Positions 28,722 through 37,823 of a stretch of 43,502 nucleotides of DNA are shown here, one piece after another. Below the pieces are notes generated by a model. That model had not been told where the DNA came from and made no database searches. It worked only from the letters and a program-made list of their open reading frames with translations. A program made the position numbers and the translations under genes. Location: positions 1 through 43,502 of the forward strand of contig JAYENX010000008.1 of NCBI GenBank assembly GCA_034722435.1, written 5' to 3'. The DNA is from Nanobdellota archaeon (GTDB lineage: Archaea > Nanobdellota > Nanobdellia > Woesearchaeales > JAHWHD01). Every line of letters begins with the position of its first letter. Within the stretch, counting starts at the first letter, position 1.

Positions 28722-29282
28722 TTATCTAGGAACCATATTACCTGTCAACATTCTTACAGCAAACATTCCAATCAATAAAACAAACACTACTCCAAGAACT
28801 TTAGGATGAAAAAGTGTTAGCCAGAAAGCTGCTTCTCCCACACCGGACGTAGTTCCTTGAACAAAAGCCTGACCCAAACCAGTAGTTCCTTCAGGAGCTG
28901 CTGCAAAAAAAGTTTTACCAACAGCTGCTGCAAGCATAAAGATCGCTACAACTATAATGCTCCAATGTGCTAATTTATTATCTTTTATAGTTTCAAGGAA
29001 ATCTTTTTCCTTAACTCCAAACATCATAAAAAGCATAAATAAGAAAATCAAGAAAATTATAAAAATAATAAACCACGGTGAAAGTATAGTTACTATATTA
29101 AGAGCACTCTTAGAAAACAAAAGAATACCTCCAAGAGATGCAGCAATAAGTGCATGTACACCTTTATTATCTCCTAACAATTTATACCTTTCCAACAAAG
29201 CATAAACTACAACAAAAACAAAAAATACTGGAAATAAAAAACTAAAATGTTGCAATAATCCCAAATCTAAAAACGAAACCAT
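28722..29282 (-). CDS. Multi-pass membrane protein, paralog 3 of a tandem trio
   Basis: FLFPVFFVFVVVYALLERYKLLG-DN motif shared with the two upstream genes. Confidence 0.8.
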   Translation of the reverse strand: MVSFLDLGLLQHFSFLFPVFFVFVVVYALLERYKLLGDNKGVHALIAASLGGILLFSKSALNIVTILSPWFIIFIIFLIFLFMLFMMFGVKEKDFLETIKDNKLAHWSIIVVAIFMLAAAVGKTFFAAAPEGTTGLGQAFVQGTTSGVGEAAFWLTLFHPKVLGVVFVLLIGMFAVRMLTGNMVPR

Positions 29283-29286
29283 CTTT

Positions 29287-29877
29287 TTATTTCTTAAACA
29301 TTTCTCCTAAAGACTTGAAAAGTCCTTCTCCTTTAGTTTTTTTGTCAGGTGCTGTAACAAACCATATAATGATTGCAAACACTAATATAATTACAATTAA
29401 GGCTTGCGTATCAGGAGCCGAAAGCCATGAAAGCCATCTAGGCATTCCTTGTGCAAACCAGCCAGCCGCTCTTCCAAATATATAAAAAACCACAACCATT
29501 GCGATAAACACAATAAATCCATGTATATCTTTACCCCAGCTAGCCTCTACACCCCAAAGCCCTATTATGATAAACAACATTACTAAAGCAATTAATACTG
29601 CAGCTATATTCGGTAATGCAGTATTTATTATATTAACAACATCCGCATTTGCAGGATATCTTCCTAAAACGTGAGGTATTACAACTGAAAGTGCAAGCAC
29701 AAGCGCCACTACACCATCTAATCTAGGATTATCTTTAAAAATTTTAGATTTTCTAAGAACTGCAAACACTACTGAAAAAATTAAAATGAATGGAAGTATA
29801 ACATCCGTTAAACCAAGAGATTCTAAATAATAAAGCGCACCAGTCAATCTTCCTCCGCCATAAGTTTGTAAAACCAT
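29287..29877 (-). CDS. Multi-pass membrane protein, paralog 2 of a tandem trio
   Basis: VILPFILIFSVVFAVLRKSKIF-DN motif; amphipathic C-terminus GLFKSLGEMFKK. Confidence 0.8.
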   Translation of the reverse strand: MVLQTYGGGRLTGALYYLESLGLTDVILPFILIFSVVFAVLRKSKIFKDNPRLDGVVALVLALSVVIPHVLGRYPANADVVNIINTALPNIAAVLIALVMLFIIIGLWGVEASWGKDIHGFIVFIAMVVVFYIFGRAAGWFAQGMPRWLSWLSAPDTQALIVIILVFAIIIWFVTAPDKKTKGEGLFKSLGEMFKK

Positions 29878-30456
29878 TTAATCACCTTTTTCTTCTTTTT
29901 TCGATCCGGCTTCACTACCTTTACCACCAGTGACCCAGTACATAAACACAACAATAAGTACAAGTAAAAGAATTGCACCTACAAAATTAGTATGCCAATA
30001 TTTTCCAATATAATTAATGAATGGATATAACCATCCGAGAGCATTCATAAATATCAATATAACACCTAAACCAATTATAATCATAAACGCAGTTCTCATT
30101 GGACCCTTTCCAATCATAACATCCTCTTTATGACTAAAGAACGCACCAATAAGTAACAAGAAACATACAACTACAATTAACAATAAAGCAACATTAGCCA
30201 TCGCATTATTAACAACGGCAACCAATCTCGTCGATGCCACCACTAAAAAACCAATTACAAAAGCAACCATCGCATTAAGATTTTTCTTAGTATACTCTGC
30301 ATCACCAACCCTGTCTACTCCGAATATACGAGTTTTCTCAAAAATTGCAAAAACTATACTAAAAACTAATAGAAATGGTAGCACAACATCATAAACACCT
30401 AATCTACCAAAAAATTCTATAATACCTCCAAAAAGAGTTTCTTCTACCATTAACAT
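29878..30456 (-). CDS. Multi-pass membrane protein, paralog 1 of a tandem trio
   Basis: VVLPFLLVFSIVFAIFEKTRIFG...NLNAMVAFVIGFLVV; its stop abuts the next start (TAAATG). Confidence 0.8.
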   Translation of the reverse strand: MLMVEETLFGGIIEFFGRLGVYDVVLPFLLVFSIVFAIFEKTRIFGVDRVGDAEYTKKNLNAMVAFVIGFLVVASTRLVAVVNNAMANVALLLIVVVCFLLLIGAFFSHKEDVMIGKGPMRTAFMIIIGLGVILIFMNALGWLYPFINYIGKYWHTNFVGAILLLVLIVVFMYWVTGGKGSEAGSKKEEKGD

Positions 30457-30534
30457 ATAATTTAATAAAAATGCATATATAAACTTTTCTATTTATTTAT
30501 ATAGAAAACAATAAAACATATAAAGACGAAACAA

Positions 30535-31131
30535 ATGCATAATTCCATTATGCTAGACAATAAAGATTTCACAAATATGTTAAAAGAAGTTCAAGACTTT
30601 GATAGTCAAAGAGAAATTCTTATTAAAAAATCAAGAGATGTATTAAAACTCTCTAAACAATTAATTTATTCAGTTCACAGATCAGACTTGAAAGAATCAA
30701 ACAAACTTGCAGTCTCAATAAAAAAAGAATTAAAAGTACTTAATTCTATAATCGGCAAGAACAAAAAAATGTATAAACAAGGCAGCTACAAAGTAGCAGT
30801 TCAAGAATATGTCGAAGCAATGTTATACTATCACTTTGTTAAAGATAATAAAATTTGTACAAGAAAAGAATTAGATGTTGAAACAGATTATTACTTATTA
30901 GGTCTCGCAGATCTCTCAGGAGAAGTATTTAGAAAAGCAGTACATGAAGCATCTAAAGGTAACTACAACATTGTTTTCGTAATACGAAATCTTGTTGAAG
31001 AAATTTATGCAGAACTACTTAAATTTAACATACGAGAAAGCGATTTAAGAAGAAAATTCGACGCCATCAAATATGACCTAAACAAATTAGAAGATTTATG
31101 CTTACAATTAAAATTAAAAGAAAAAGCTTAA
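30535..31131 (+). CDS. Translin/TRAX (C3PO-like) family nuclease
   Basis: REILIKKSRDV, QEYVEA, YLLGLADLSGEVFR and LRRKFD. The true start may be ATG 30550. Confidence 0.9.
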   Translation: MHNSIMLDNKDFTNMLKEVQDFDSQREILIKKSRDVLKLSKQLIYSVHRSDLKESNKLAVSIKKELKVLNSIIGKNKKMYKQGSYKVAVQEYVEAMLYYHFVKDNKICTRKELDVETDYYLLGLADLSGEVFRKAVHEASKGNYNIVFVIRNLVEEIYAELLKFNIRESDLRRKFDAIKYDLNKLEDLCLQLKLKEKA

Positions 31132-31144
31132 GGGGGTGCTTTTT

Positions 31145-31888
31145 ATGAAAAAAATAATACTTATAATTAGTCTTATAACATTATCAATTTTAGTTACAGC
31201 TTGCTTTCCAACACAATGTCCTGAACCAAAAATAATTAATTATGAAACAGGAGAATGTTGCGAAGACCTTAATTACAATCACATTTGCGATTCTAAAGAA
31301 ACAGAAATTAAATTTCCAGGAGAAAAAATAGAAACTCAAGAAAAAACAGAAAATTCTAGTGAAGAAAAAAATACTACAAAAATTAATGAAGAATTAGAAG
31401 AAGAAAAAGAAAAAACGAACATAGACAATCCTGTTGCAACAATCAAAACTAACATGGGCGATATGGAAATAAAATTATTTTCTTCAAAATCACCTATAAC
31501 TGTTACAAACTTCATCAACCTTTCAGAACAAGGATACTACGACAATCTAATTTTCCACAGAGTTATTGAAAATTTCATGATTCAGGGCGGAGATCCTAAT
31601 GGTGACGGCACAGGTGGACCAGGTTACGCAATTCTTGACGAGTTCGATAAAAGTCTAAATTTTGATAAAGAAGGAATTCTTGCAATGGCTAATTCAGGTC
31701 CTGATACAGGAGGTTCACAATTCTTTATTACACTAAACAAAACAGAATGGCTTAATGACAAACACACCATATTTGGCGAAATTATCGAAGGTAAAGACAT
31801 TCTATTTGAGATAGCTTCAGTTGAAACTGCAATAGGAGACAAACCTATTGAAGACGTGATTATTGAAACAATAATAATTAAAGAATAG
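31145..31888 (+). CDS. Cyclophilin-type PPIase exported as a putative lipoprotein
   Basis: Signal peptide LVTA-C, a Cys-rich module, an acidic linker, then FHRVIENFMIQGGDP, GILAMANSG..TGGSQFFI and HTIFG. Start placed at ATG 31145, behind the GGGGGTG SD. Confidence 0.92.
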   Translation: MKKIILIISLITLSILVTACFPTQCPEPKIINYETGECCEDLNYNHICDSKETEIKFPGEKIETQEKTENSSEEKNTTKINEELEEEKEKTNIDNPVATIKTNMGDMEIKLFSSKSPITVTNFINLSEQGYYDNLIFHRVIENFMIQGGDPNGDGTGGPGYAILDEFDKSLNFDKEGILAMANSGPDTGGSQFFITLNKTEWLNDKHTIFGEIIEGKDILFEIASVETAIGDKPIEDVIIETIIIKE

Positions 31889-31892
31889 AATA

Positions 31893-32513
31893 ATGTTTCA
31901 ATACAAAGGAATAAGTATCGAATGGCTAGGTCATTGCTGTTTCAAGATAATTTGGGACAACCAAATTATTTTCATCGACCCTTACTTAATCTACAAAGAA
32001 CATGAAAAAGCAGATGTAATTCTAATCACCCACGAACATGTGGGCCATTTCAGTATCCCAGACATAAAAGAACTATCTAAGCCCGATACAAAAATAGTAT
32101 GCACAGAAAGAGTTGCCACCAAAATTGACGCACCATTTATAACAATAATGCACAATAACGAAACTATCAAAGGAGAAAATAGCTCAATCCAAGCAATACC
32201 TGCCTACAACTTAAAATCCATTATACATCAAAAAGGAAAAGATAATGGTTACATTATAACTATAGATAAAATAAGAATATATCACACAGGAGACACAGAT
32301 TTCACCCCAGAACTTGCAAATATAAAAAACATTGATATTCTCATGATCCCTATCAAAGGCAGAGCTTGCATGAACCTAGATCAAACACTAGACTTCATTC
32401 ACCACACAAAACCAAAAATAGTTATCCCGATGCATTACAACCCTTCAATTGACAGAAAACTACTACAAAAATTCATACATAAAATAATAAATAGTAAGAT
32501 TAAATTAGGATAA
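31893..32513 (+). CDS. MBL-fold metallo-hydrolase (Lactamase_B_3/UlaG-like)
   Basis: WLGHCCFKI, IDPY, THEHVGH, YHTGDTD and IPMHY. Confidence 0.88.
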   Translation: MFQYKGISIEWLGHCCFKIIWDNQIIFIDPYLIYKEHEKADVILITHEHVGHFSIPDIKELSKPDTKIVCTERVATKIDAPFITIMHNNETIKGENSSIQAIPAYNLKSIIHQKGKDNGYIITIDKIRIYHTGDTDFTPELANIKNIDILMIPIKGRACMNLDQTLDFIHHTKPKIVIPMHYNPSIDRKLLQKFIHKIINSKIKLG

Positions 32514-32577
32514 CAATTGCCTAAAAGTCTAAATTTTTAATAAAATATATAAATTCAATAGAAACTCTAAACTTAAA

Positions 32578-34287
32578 ATGCTAAGAACACACACTTGCGG
32601 AGAATTAAACAGTAAACATATTGGAAAAAACATTACACTAGCAGGATGGGTAGATTCTATCAGAACACACGGTGGAGTAAATTTCATCAATATAAGAGAT
32701 CGTTACGGTGTAACACAAGTAGTTTTCAAGGACGATTCATTTAAAGAACTTAAACAGGAGTTCGTTATCCAAGTAAAAGGCAAAGTAAATAACAGACCCT
32801 CTCCAAATAAAAAAATACCTACTGGAGATATTGAAATTGAATGCGAAGAACTAAAAATAATAAATAAATCAGAAATTCTCCCTATTGATTTATCGGGAAC
32901 TGTAGAAAGCACAGATGAGACCAGATTAAAATATAGATATTTAGACCTAAGAAGACCTGAAAATGCAAATAAACTAATTTTCAGGCACAAAGTTATCACT
33001 GCTGCAAGAGATTTCCTTAACAAAAACAATTTTTTAGAAATTGAAACACCTATGCTAGTTAAAGCAACACCTGAAGGTGCCCGAGATTACCTTGTTCCAA
33101 GTAGAGTTAATCCAGGAGATTTCTACGCATTACCACAAAGTCCGCAGTTATATAAACAAATACTAATGGTAGCAGGATTCGACAAATATTACCAAGTCGC
33201 TCGCTGCCTTAGAGATGAAGACTTAAGGGCCGATAGACAACCAGAACATACCCAAATTGACTTAGAGATGAGCTTCGTTGAACAACAAGACGTAAGAGGT
33301 ATGGTTGAAAAATTAATGAAACATTTATTCAAAAGATCTAAAAATATAGATATTGAAGATTTTCCAGTATTTTCATACGCAGAAGCAATGGCAAGATTCG
33401 GGAGCGATAAACCAGATATAAGATTCGGTTTAGAATTAACAGATGTCACAGAAATCACTAAAAACTCATCATTCAAAGTTTTTAATGAATCTGAACACGT
33501 AGTGGCCCTTGTTATTGATAAAGAATTTTCAAGAAAAGAAATTGATAAACTAACAAATGTTGCAAAAACATACAAAGCAAAAGGTCTTGCTTACTTCAAA
33601 GTTTTAAAAGACAAATTTGATGCGGGAATTGCAAAATTCATAGAACCTAAAATTGAAAAACAGCTTAGAATCTTACTTAAACTTAAAGACAATCAAACAG
33701 TTCTATTTGTAGCCGATAAAAAGAAAATTGCACAAATCGCTATGGGTAATGTAAGACTAGCCCTCAGAGATAAACTCGAACTTGCAAAACCTAACACATT
33801 CAAACTTGCATGGGTAAACGACTTCCCACTATTCTCTTTCAATGAAGAATTAAACAAGTGGGAACCCGAACATCACATGTTTTCAATGCCAAAACCCGAA
33901 TTTATTAATAATTTCGAAGAATGCCCTGAGAAAGTACTCGGCGATCTATGGGACCTAACATTAAACGGTATTGAACTTGCATCAGGGTCTATAAGAATCA
34001 GTAACCCCGAAATTCAAAAACGGATCATGAAATTCATAGGATTTGACGAGAAACGCGCACAAGAACGTTTCGGATTCTTACTAGACGCTTACAAATATGG
34101 TGGTCCAATTCACGGCGGTATGGGGATTGGCATGGACAGAGTAATTGCACTCATGCTAGGAACTGATGATATAAGAGAAGTTATCGCATTCCCAAAAAAC
34201 AAAAATGCACAATGCCCGATGGACGGATGCCCTAGCAAAGCAGACTCTGAAGCAGTTAAAGAACTTCATCTTAAAATTGTAAAATAA
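32578..34287 (+). CDS. aspS: Aspartate-tRNA ligase, bacterial type (with GAD insertion domain)
   Basis: MLRTHTCGEL, RLKYRYLDLRR, TPEGARDYLVPSR, LPQSPQLYKQILM, RDEDLRADRQPE, RFGSDKPD and GGMGIGMDR. Confidence 0.97.
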   Translation: MLRTHTCGELNSKHIGKNITLAGWVDSIRTHGGVNFINIRDRYGVTQVVFKDDSFKELKQEFVIQVKGKVNNRPSPNKKIPTGDIEIECEELKIINKSEILPIDLSGTVESTDETRLKYRYLDLRRPENANKLIFRHKVITAARDFLNKNNFLEIETPMLVKATPEGARDYLVPSRVNPGDFYALPQSPQLYKQILMVAGFDKYYQVARCLRDEDLRADRQPEHTQIDLEMSFVEQQDVRGMVEKLMKHLFKRSKNIDIEDFPVFSYAEAMARFGSDKPDIRFGLELTDVTEITKNSSFKVFNESEHVVALVIDKEFSRKEIDKLTNVAKTYKAKGLAYFKVLKDKFDAGIAKFIEPKIEKQLRILLKLKDNQTVLFVADKKKIAQIAMGNVRLALRDKLELAKPNTFKLAWVNDFPLFSFNEELNKWEPEHHMFSMPKPEFINNFEECPEKVLGDLWDLTLNGIELASGSIRISNPEIQKRIMKFIGFDEKRAQERFGFLLDAYKYGGPIHGGMGIGMDRVIALMLGTDDIREVIAFPKNKNAQCPMDGCPSKADSEAVKELHLKIVK

Positions 34288-34425
34288 TATTTTATTTTTT
34301 AACTAATTTATCTAAAAAAGTATAAGGCTTAGAAATAATAACTTTCTTTTCAACAACTTGACCTTCCCCCTATACAACAAACAATACAATCTTTATATAC
34401 TTCCCATACCACCCCAACTATTAAG

Positions 34426-35511
34426 ATGAACTTAGAAGATGATATAGAGAAAACTAATCGAACTAGATTAATTACTCCTAAACTTTCTCTTGTTTTAACA
34501 ACACTTCTTAGTTTTTTCCTTACAACTGGATGCGGCGCAATAGATCCAGGAGTTACACCTAAAATAAAGAAATCATCTCCAGCAATAACTACAAAGACAT
34601 CTACAGTAAGTAATAGGAATGGAGAGTTATCAGAAATGGTAAAAAAATATGTTCCAACTACTATGAAAACTTTAAGAAAAATAATCAAAGCTCCCAAGCT
34701 TCAAAAGTGGGACATGTGGTTAAATGATTTCTCATTAATGGGACAGGATACAATAGTTGAAAAATTAGAATCCCCTACAAAAACTATAGAAAGGAGATAT
34801 TTATTTTTTAACCCTAAAGTAAGGCAGAAAATCAGTCATTATGGAGCGATGCTTAATTTAGCTAAATTAGATGGGATTAAAAATTACGAAACTGATATTG
34901 TGTGCTTTGGTTTTCGCTATCACGGCATGGAAATAAAAGATGTGACGATAGAAGTTCAAGGAGTAAATAATAGAAGGTATAAGGAAATAAATACTAATAA
35001 ATTACATCATATAGAGGCCGGTAAAGAATTTTCTAGAAATGAATCTTACGTAGAAAAAAGACTTCTAAAGTGGATTGATAACAATATGGATAATTATGGT
35101 AAAACCATAAAAATAATAGCCTCAATCAATCGTACAAAACTCCTAGCACAATACCGTGACACCATAAAAGGTACAAGAAAAATGCTAGAATATACAGATA
35201 AAAAAAGCAGGAAAGAGGACCTTAAAAAGATTAATGCTATAAGAAAATTTAATGGTAATGAACCAGTCAAAGCATATTCGGGAGAGTTACCTTACAAAGA
35301 AGACATATATGTAGTCCCTAAGGGCTTATTGGGCCAACTCGGCAAAGGCTACTGCAACGCCAGAATCAAGTGGAGAGTTCGCCTAACAGGAACAAACCAT
35401 CCAGCTACCGAAGACCAACTCTATCGTGCAATTCCATATATAGGCTCCACAACGAACATAGAAGCAATAAATAAATTTAGAAAAGGGTATAGACCTTCTC
35501 TTAAACCATAA
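34426..35511 (+). CDS. Hypothetical exported protein/putative lipoprotein with atypical base composition
   Basis: 361-aa ORF with a hydrophobic stretch ending in LTTG-C; TTTATATA about 27 nt upstream; no recognisable domain. Confidence 0.6.
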   Translation: MNLEDDIEKTNRTRLITPKLSLVLTTLLSFFLTTGCGAIDPGVTPKIKKSSPAITTKTSTVSNRNGELSEMVKKYVPTTMKTLRKIIKAPKLQKWDMWLNDFSLMGQDTIVEKLESPTKTIERRYLFFNPKVRQKISHYGAMLNLAKLDGIKNYETDIVCFGFRYHGMEIKDVTIEVQGVNNRRYKEINTNKLHHIEAGKEFSRNESYVEKRLLKWIDNNMDNYGKTIKIIASINRTKLLAQYRDTIKGTRKMLEYTDKKSRKEDLKKINAIRKFNGNEPVKAYSGELPYKEDIYVVPKGLLGQLGKGYCNARIKWRVRLTGTNHPATEDQLYRAIPYIGSTTNIEAINKFRKGYRPSLKP

Positions 35512-35631
35512 AAAAACTTTAATTTAATTTTCCATATCTTTATTTTCTTAAAACAATAGAATCACAATAATTTATCCTTACCCACCACCGATAGTAATAA
35601 GTTTCATAGAACTAAATAAAGAAAATGCAAT

Positions 35632-36738
35632 TTATAAAGATTTCTTCTGACTATTCAAAAACTCTTTCCTAAACTCCTCAAACCTATCCTCTTTAATTGC
35701 TACCCTAACCCTTTCAATCAATCGTTGCATAAACCAAAGATTATGTATACTTCTGAACCGTTTACCAACAGGTTCTTTAATTTTAGAAAGATGATGCATA
35801 TAAGATCTAGAATAAGTTTTACATACAAAACAACCACAATCAGAATCAACAGGCTCTTGATCCCTCGCATATTTAATTTTAGTAATATCTATATTTCCTT
35901 TAGATGTAAAAAGTGTCCCGTTTCTTGCATTCTTAGTAGGATACACAGAATCAAAACAATCAATCCCTAAACCAACAGCATTCACAACATCAACAGGACT
36001 TCCTAAACCCATAACATACCGCGGTTTGTTTTTATCAATTATAGGCAAAACATTATCAAGAACTTCATACATTTCAATTGATGGCTCACCTATTGCCAAT
36101 CCACCTATTGCAACACCGTCAAAATCCAAACCGTTAATAAAATGTGCACTAATACGACGAAGGTCCATTTCAAAACCTCCCTGGACAATCCCAAAAAGCA
36201 TCTGTTCATTATTCTCAACAGCATCATGACACTTTTTACTCATCTCTTGCCATTTATGCGTATTCTTAAGCGCAACCATATACTCTTCTCTTGAAGCCCC
36301 ATAAGGTGCCATATCGTCAAGAGCCATGGCGACATCCGACCCAATTGCTTGATGTATTTTCATAATCTTCTCAGGAGTTATAATTACAGGTTGTTCATTA
36401 AAAGGATTAACAAAATGTAAACCTTTCTTTGTCTTACCTTTAAACATCCCTCTAGACATCTGAAAACCTCCACAATCAGTAAATACACAACCTTTAAAAT
36501 CCATAAATTTGTGTATCCCTCCTGCTTCTTTAACAACATCTTCACCAGGGGCCATTGACAGAACTAAAGCATTACAAATAATATTTTTTAACCCTATAGA
36601 ATTATAATCATCAGAACTTATACACTTCCCAGTGCCCATAGTAGCAGCAGGCATAAAAAACGGAGTTTCAAACTTACCAGATTTAGTTTCAAATACTCCA
36701 TAACGAGCTTTCCCTGATTCCGCCTTTATCTCAAACAT
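35632..36738 (-). CDS. tgt: tRNA-guanine transglycosylase, bacterial (queuine tRNA-ribosyltransferase) type
   Basis: TPFFMP, TDCGGFQ, MALDD, FGIVQGG, AIGGLAIGE, PRYVMGLG, FDSVYPTKNARNG and the zinc site CGCFVC...HN. There are no C-terminal archaeosine-TGT/PUA domains (368 aa). Confidence 0.93.
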   Translation of the reverse strand: MFEIKAESGKARYGVFETKSGKFETPFFMPAATMGTGKCISSDDYNSIGLKNIICNALVLSMAPGEDVVKEAGGIHKFMDFKGCVFTDCGGFQMSRGMFKGKTKKGLHFVNPFNEQPVIITPEKIMKIHQAIGSDVAMALDDMAPYGASREEYMVALKNTHKWQEMSKKCHDAVENNEQMLFGIVQGGFEMDLRRISAHFINGLDFDGVAIGGLAIGEPSIEMYEVLDNVLPIIDKNKPRYVMGLGSPVDVVNAVGLGIDCFDSVYPTKNARNGTLFTSKGNIDITKIKYARDQEPVDSDCGCFVCKTYSRSYMHHLSKIKEPVGKRFRSIHNLWFMQRLIERVRVAIKEDRFEEFRKEFLNSQKKSL

Positions 36739-36870
36739 AATTTAAAAGATTAATCAGATGGTTAAAAAGATTACCCTTATTTACTAACAGATTAAACATC
36801 ATTTTTCAATTATTTATAACAATATTTAAATATTCTAGAAAGAAATTATCCTTAACAAAGAGGTGCTAAA

Positions 36871-37296
36871 ATGAAAAAAATGTCATTATTCATATTATTA
36901 AGTATAGGGTTGTTAATATTAAGTAGCTGCAAACAGACAGCATCAGTATGCAACGCCATGAGCGACAGTAACAAAGACCATTGCTATCAAAAATTCGCAG
37001 TCTCTGGAAAAGTTGTAGATTTATGCGACCAAATTGTTGCACCTGCACCAAGATCCAAATGCTATATCTTACTAAATAGAGAACTTATGGAACCTTTAAT
37101 ATGTAAAAGAATGGCAAACCTTGTCATGGATAGTATGTCATACGATCCGGAACTATGTTGGCAAGAACTTGCAATAAATCTAAAAGATCCAGATTTTTGT
37201 GGCGGCATAAGTCCTAATTATCGTAGAAACTCACCATCTAACATAGACGTAACATTCTATGTAAGCAATGATGACTGCATACAATTATCCAGCTAA
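36871..37296 (+). CDS. Cys-rich putative lipoprotein with repeated C[YW]-x3-A...LC-x2-I units
   Basis: Signal peptide ILSS-C; repeats HCYQKFA..DLCDQI, KCYI..ICKRM and LCWQELA..DFCGGI; GAGGTG SD. Confidence 0.7.
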   Translation: MKKMSLFILLSIGLLILSSCKQTASVCNAMSDSNKDHCYQKFAVSGKVVDLCDQIVAPAPRSKCYILLNRELMEPLICKRMANLVMDSMSYDPELCWQELAINLKDPDFCGGISPNYRRNSPSNIDVTFYVSNDDCIQLSS

Positions 37297-37330
37297 AAAT
37301 TTATAAACTCTTTATTTTTTCTTTCATTGT

Positions 37331-37798
37331 ATGGACGAATACGTAAGATCAATATTTGAAAACGCAATATTAAGAGAACAATTAGCTCAAAAAACATATC
37401 TTGAGCTATCAAAAAAAACAAAATCAATAACTCTAAAAAGACTATTCGAAAAATTAGCATCAGAAGAACAAATTCATGAAAATCTTTTCAAAAAATTAAA
37501 TCTAGAAACTCTTAAAATTGTTAATAAAACGCAATTATCAGAACTTAATCTATTAAAAAACATTAACAAAAATGAACTATTCTCTCATGAAATTAAAAAT
37601 ATAAACAACACTCTCAATTTTGCAATAAAAGAAGAACAAAAAGCAATTGACGATTATTCACTCCTAATAAATCATCTCGAATTCGGAGAAGTACAAACTA
37701 CATTTAAAGAAATGGTTACTCAAGAAAAACGTCACAAAACACTCCTACAAAAAGTAAAACTAGAATTTAACAACGATGATTGGAATTCTTTATTATAA
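37331..37798 (+). CDS. Ferritin-like/rubrerythrin-domain protein
   Basis: Duplicated di-iron motifs E-x6-Y...EEQIH and EQKA..DY...EKRH. Confidence 0.85.
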   Translation: MDEYVRSIFENAILREQLAQKTYLELSKKTKSITLKRLFEKLASEEQIHENLFKKLNLETLKIVNKTQLSELNLLKNINKNELFSHEIKNINNTLNFAIKEEQKAIDDYSLLINHLEFGEVQTTFKEMVTQEKRHKTLLQKVKLEFNNDDWNSLL

Positions 37799-37823
37799 TT
37801 ATAAAAAATAATATTAAAAAAAA

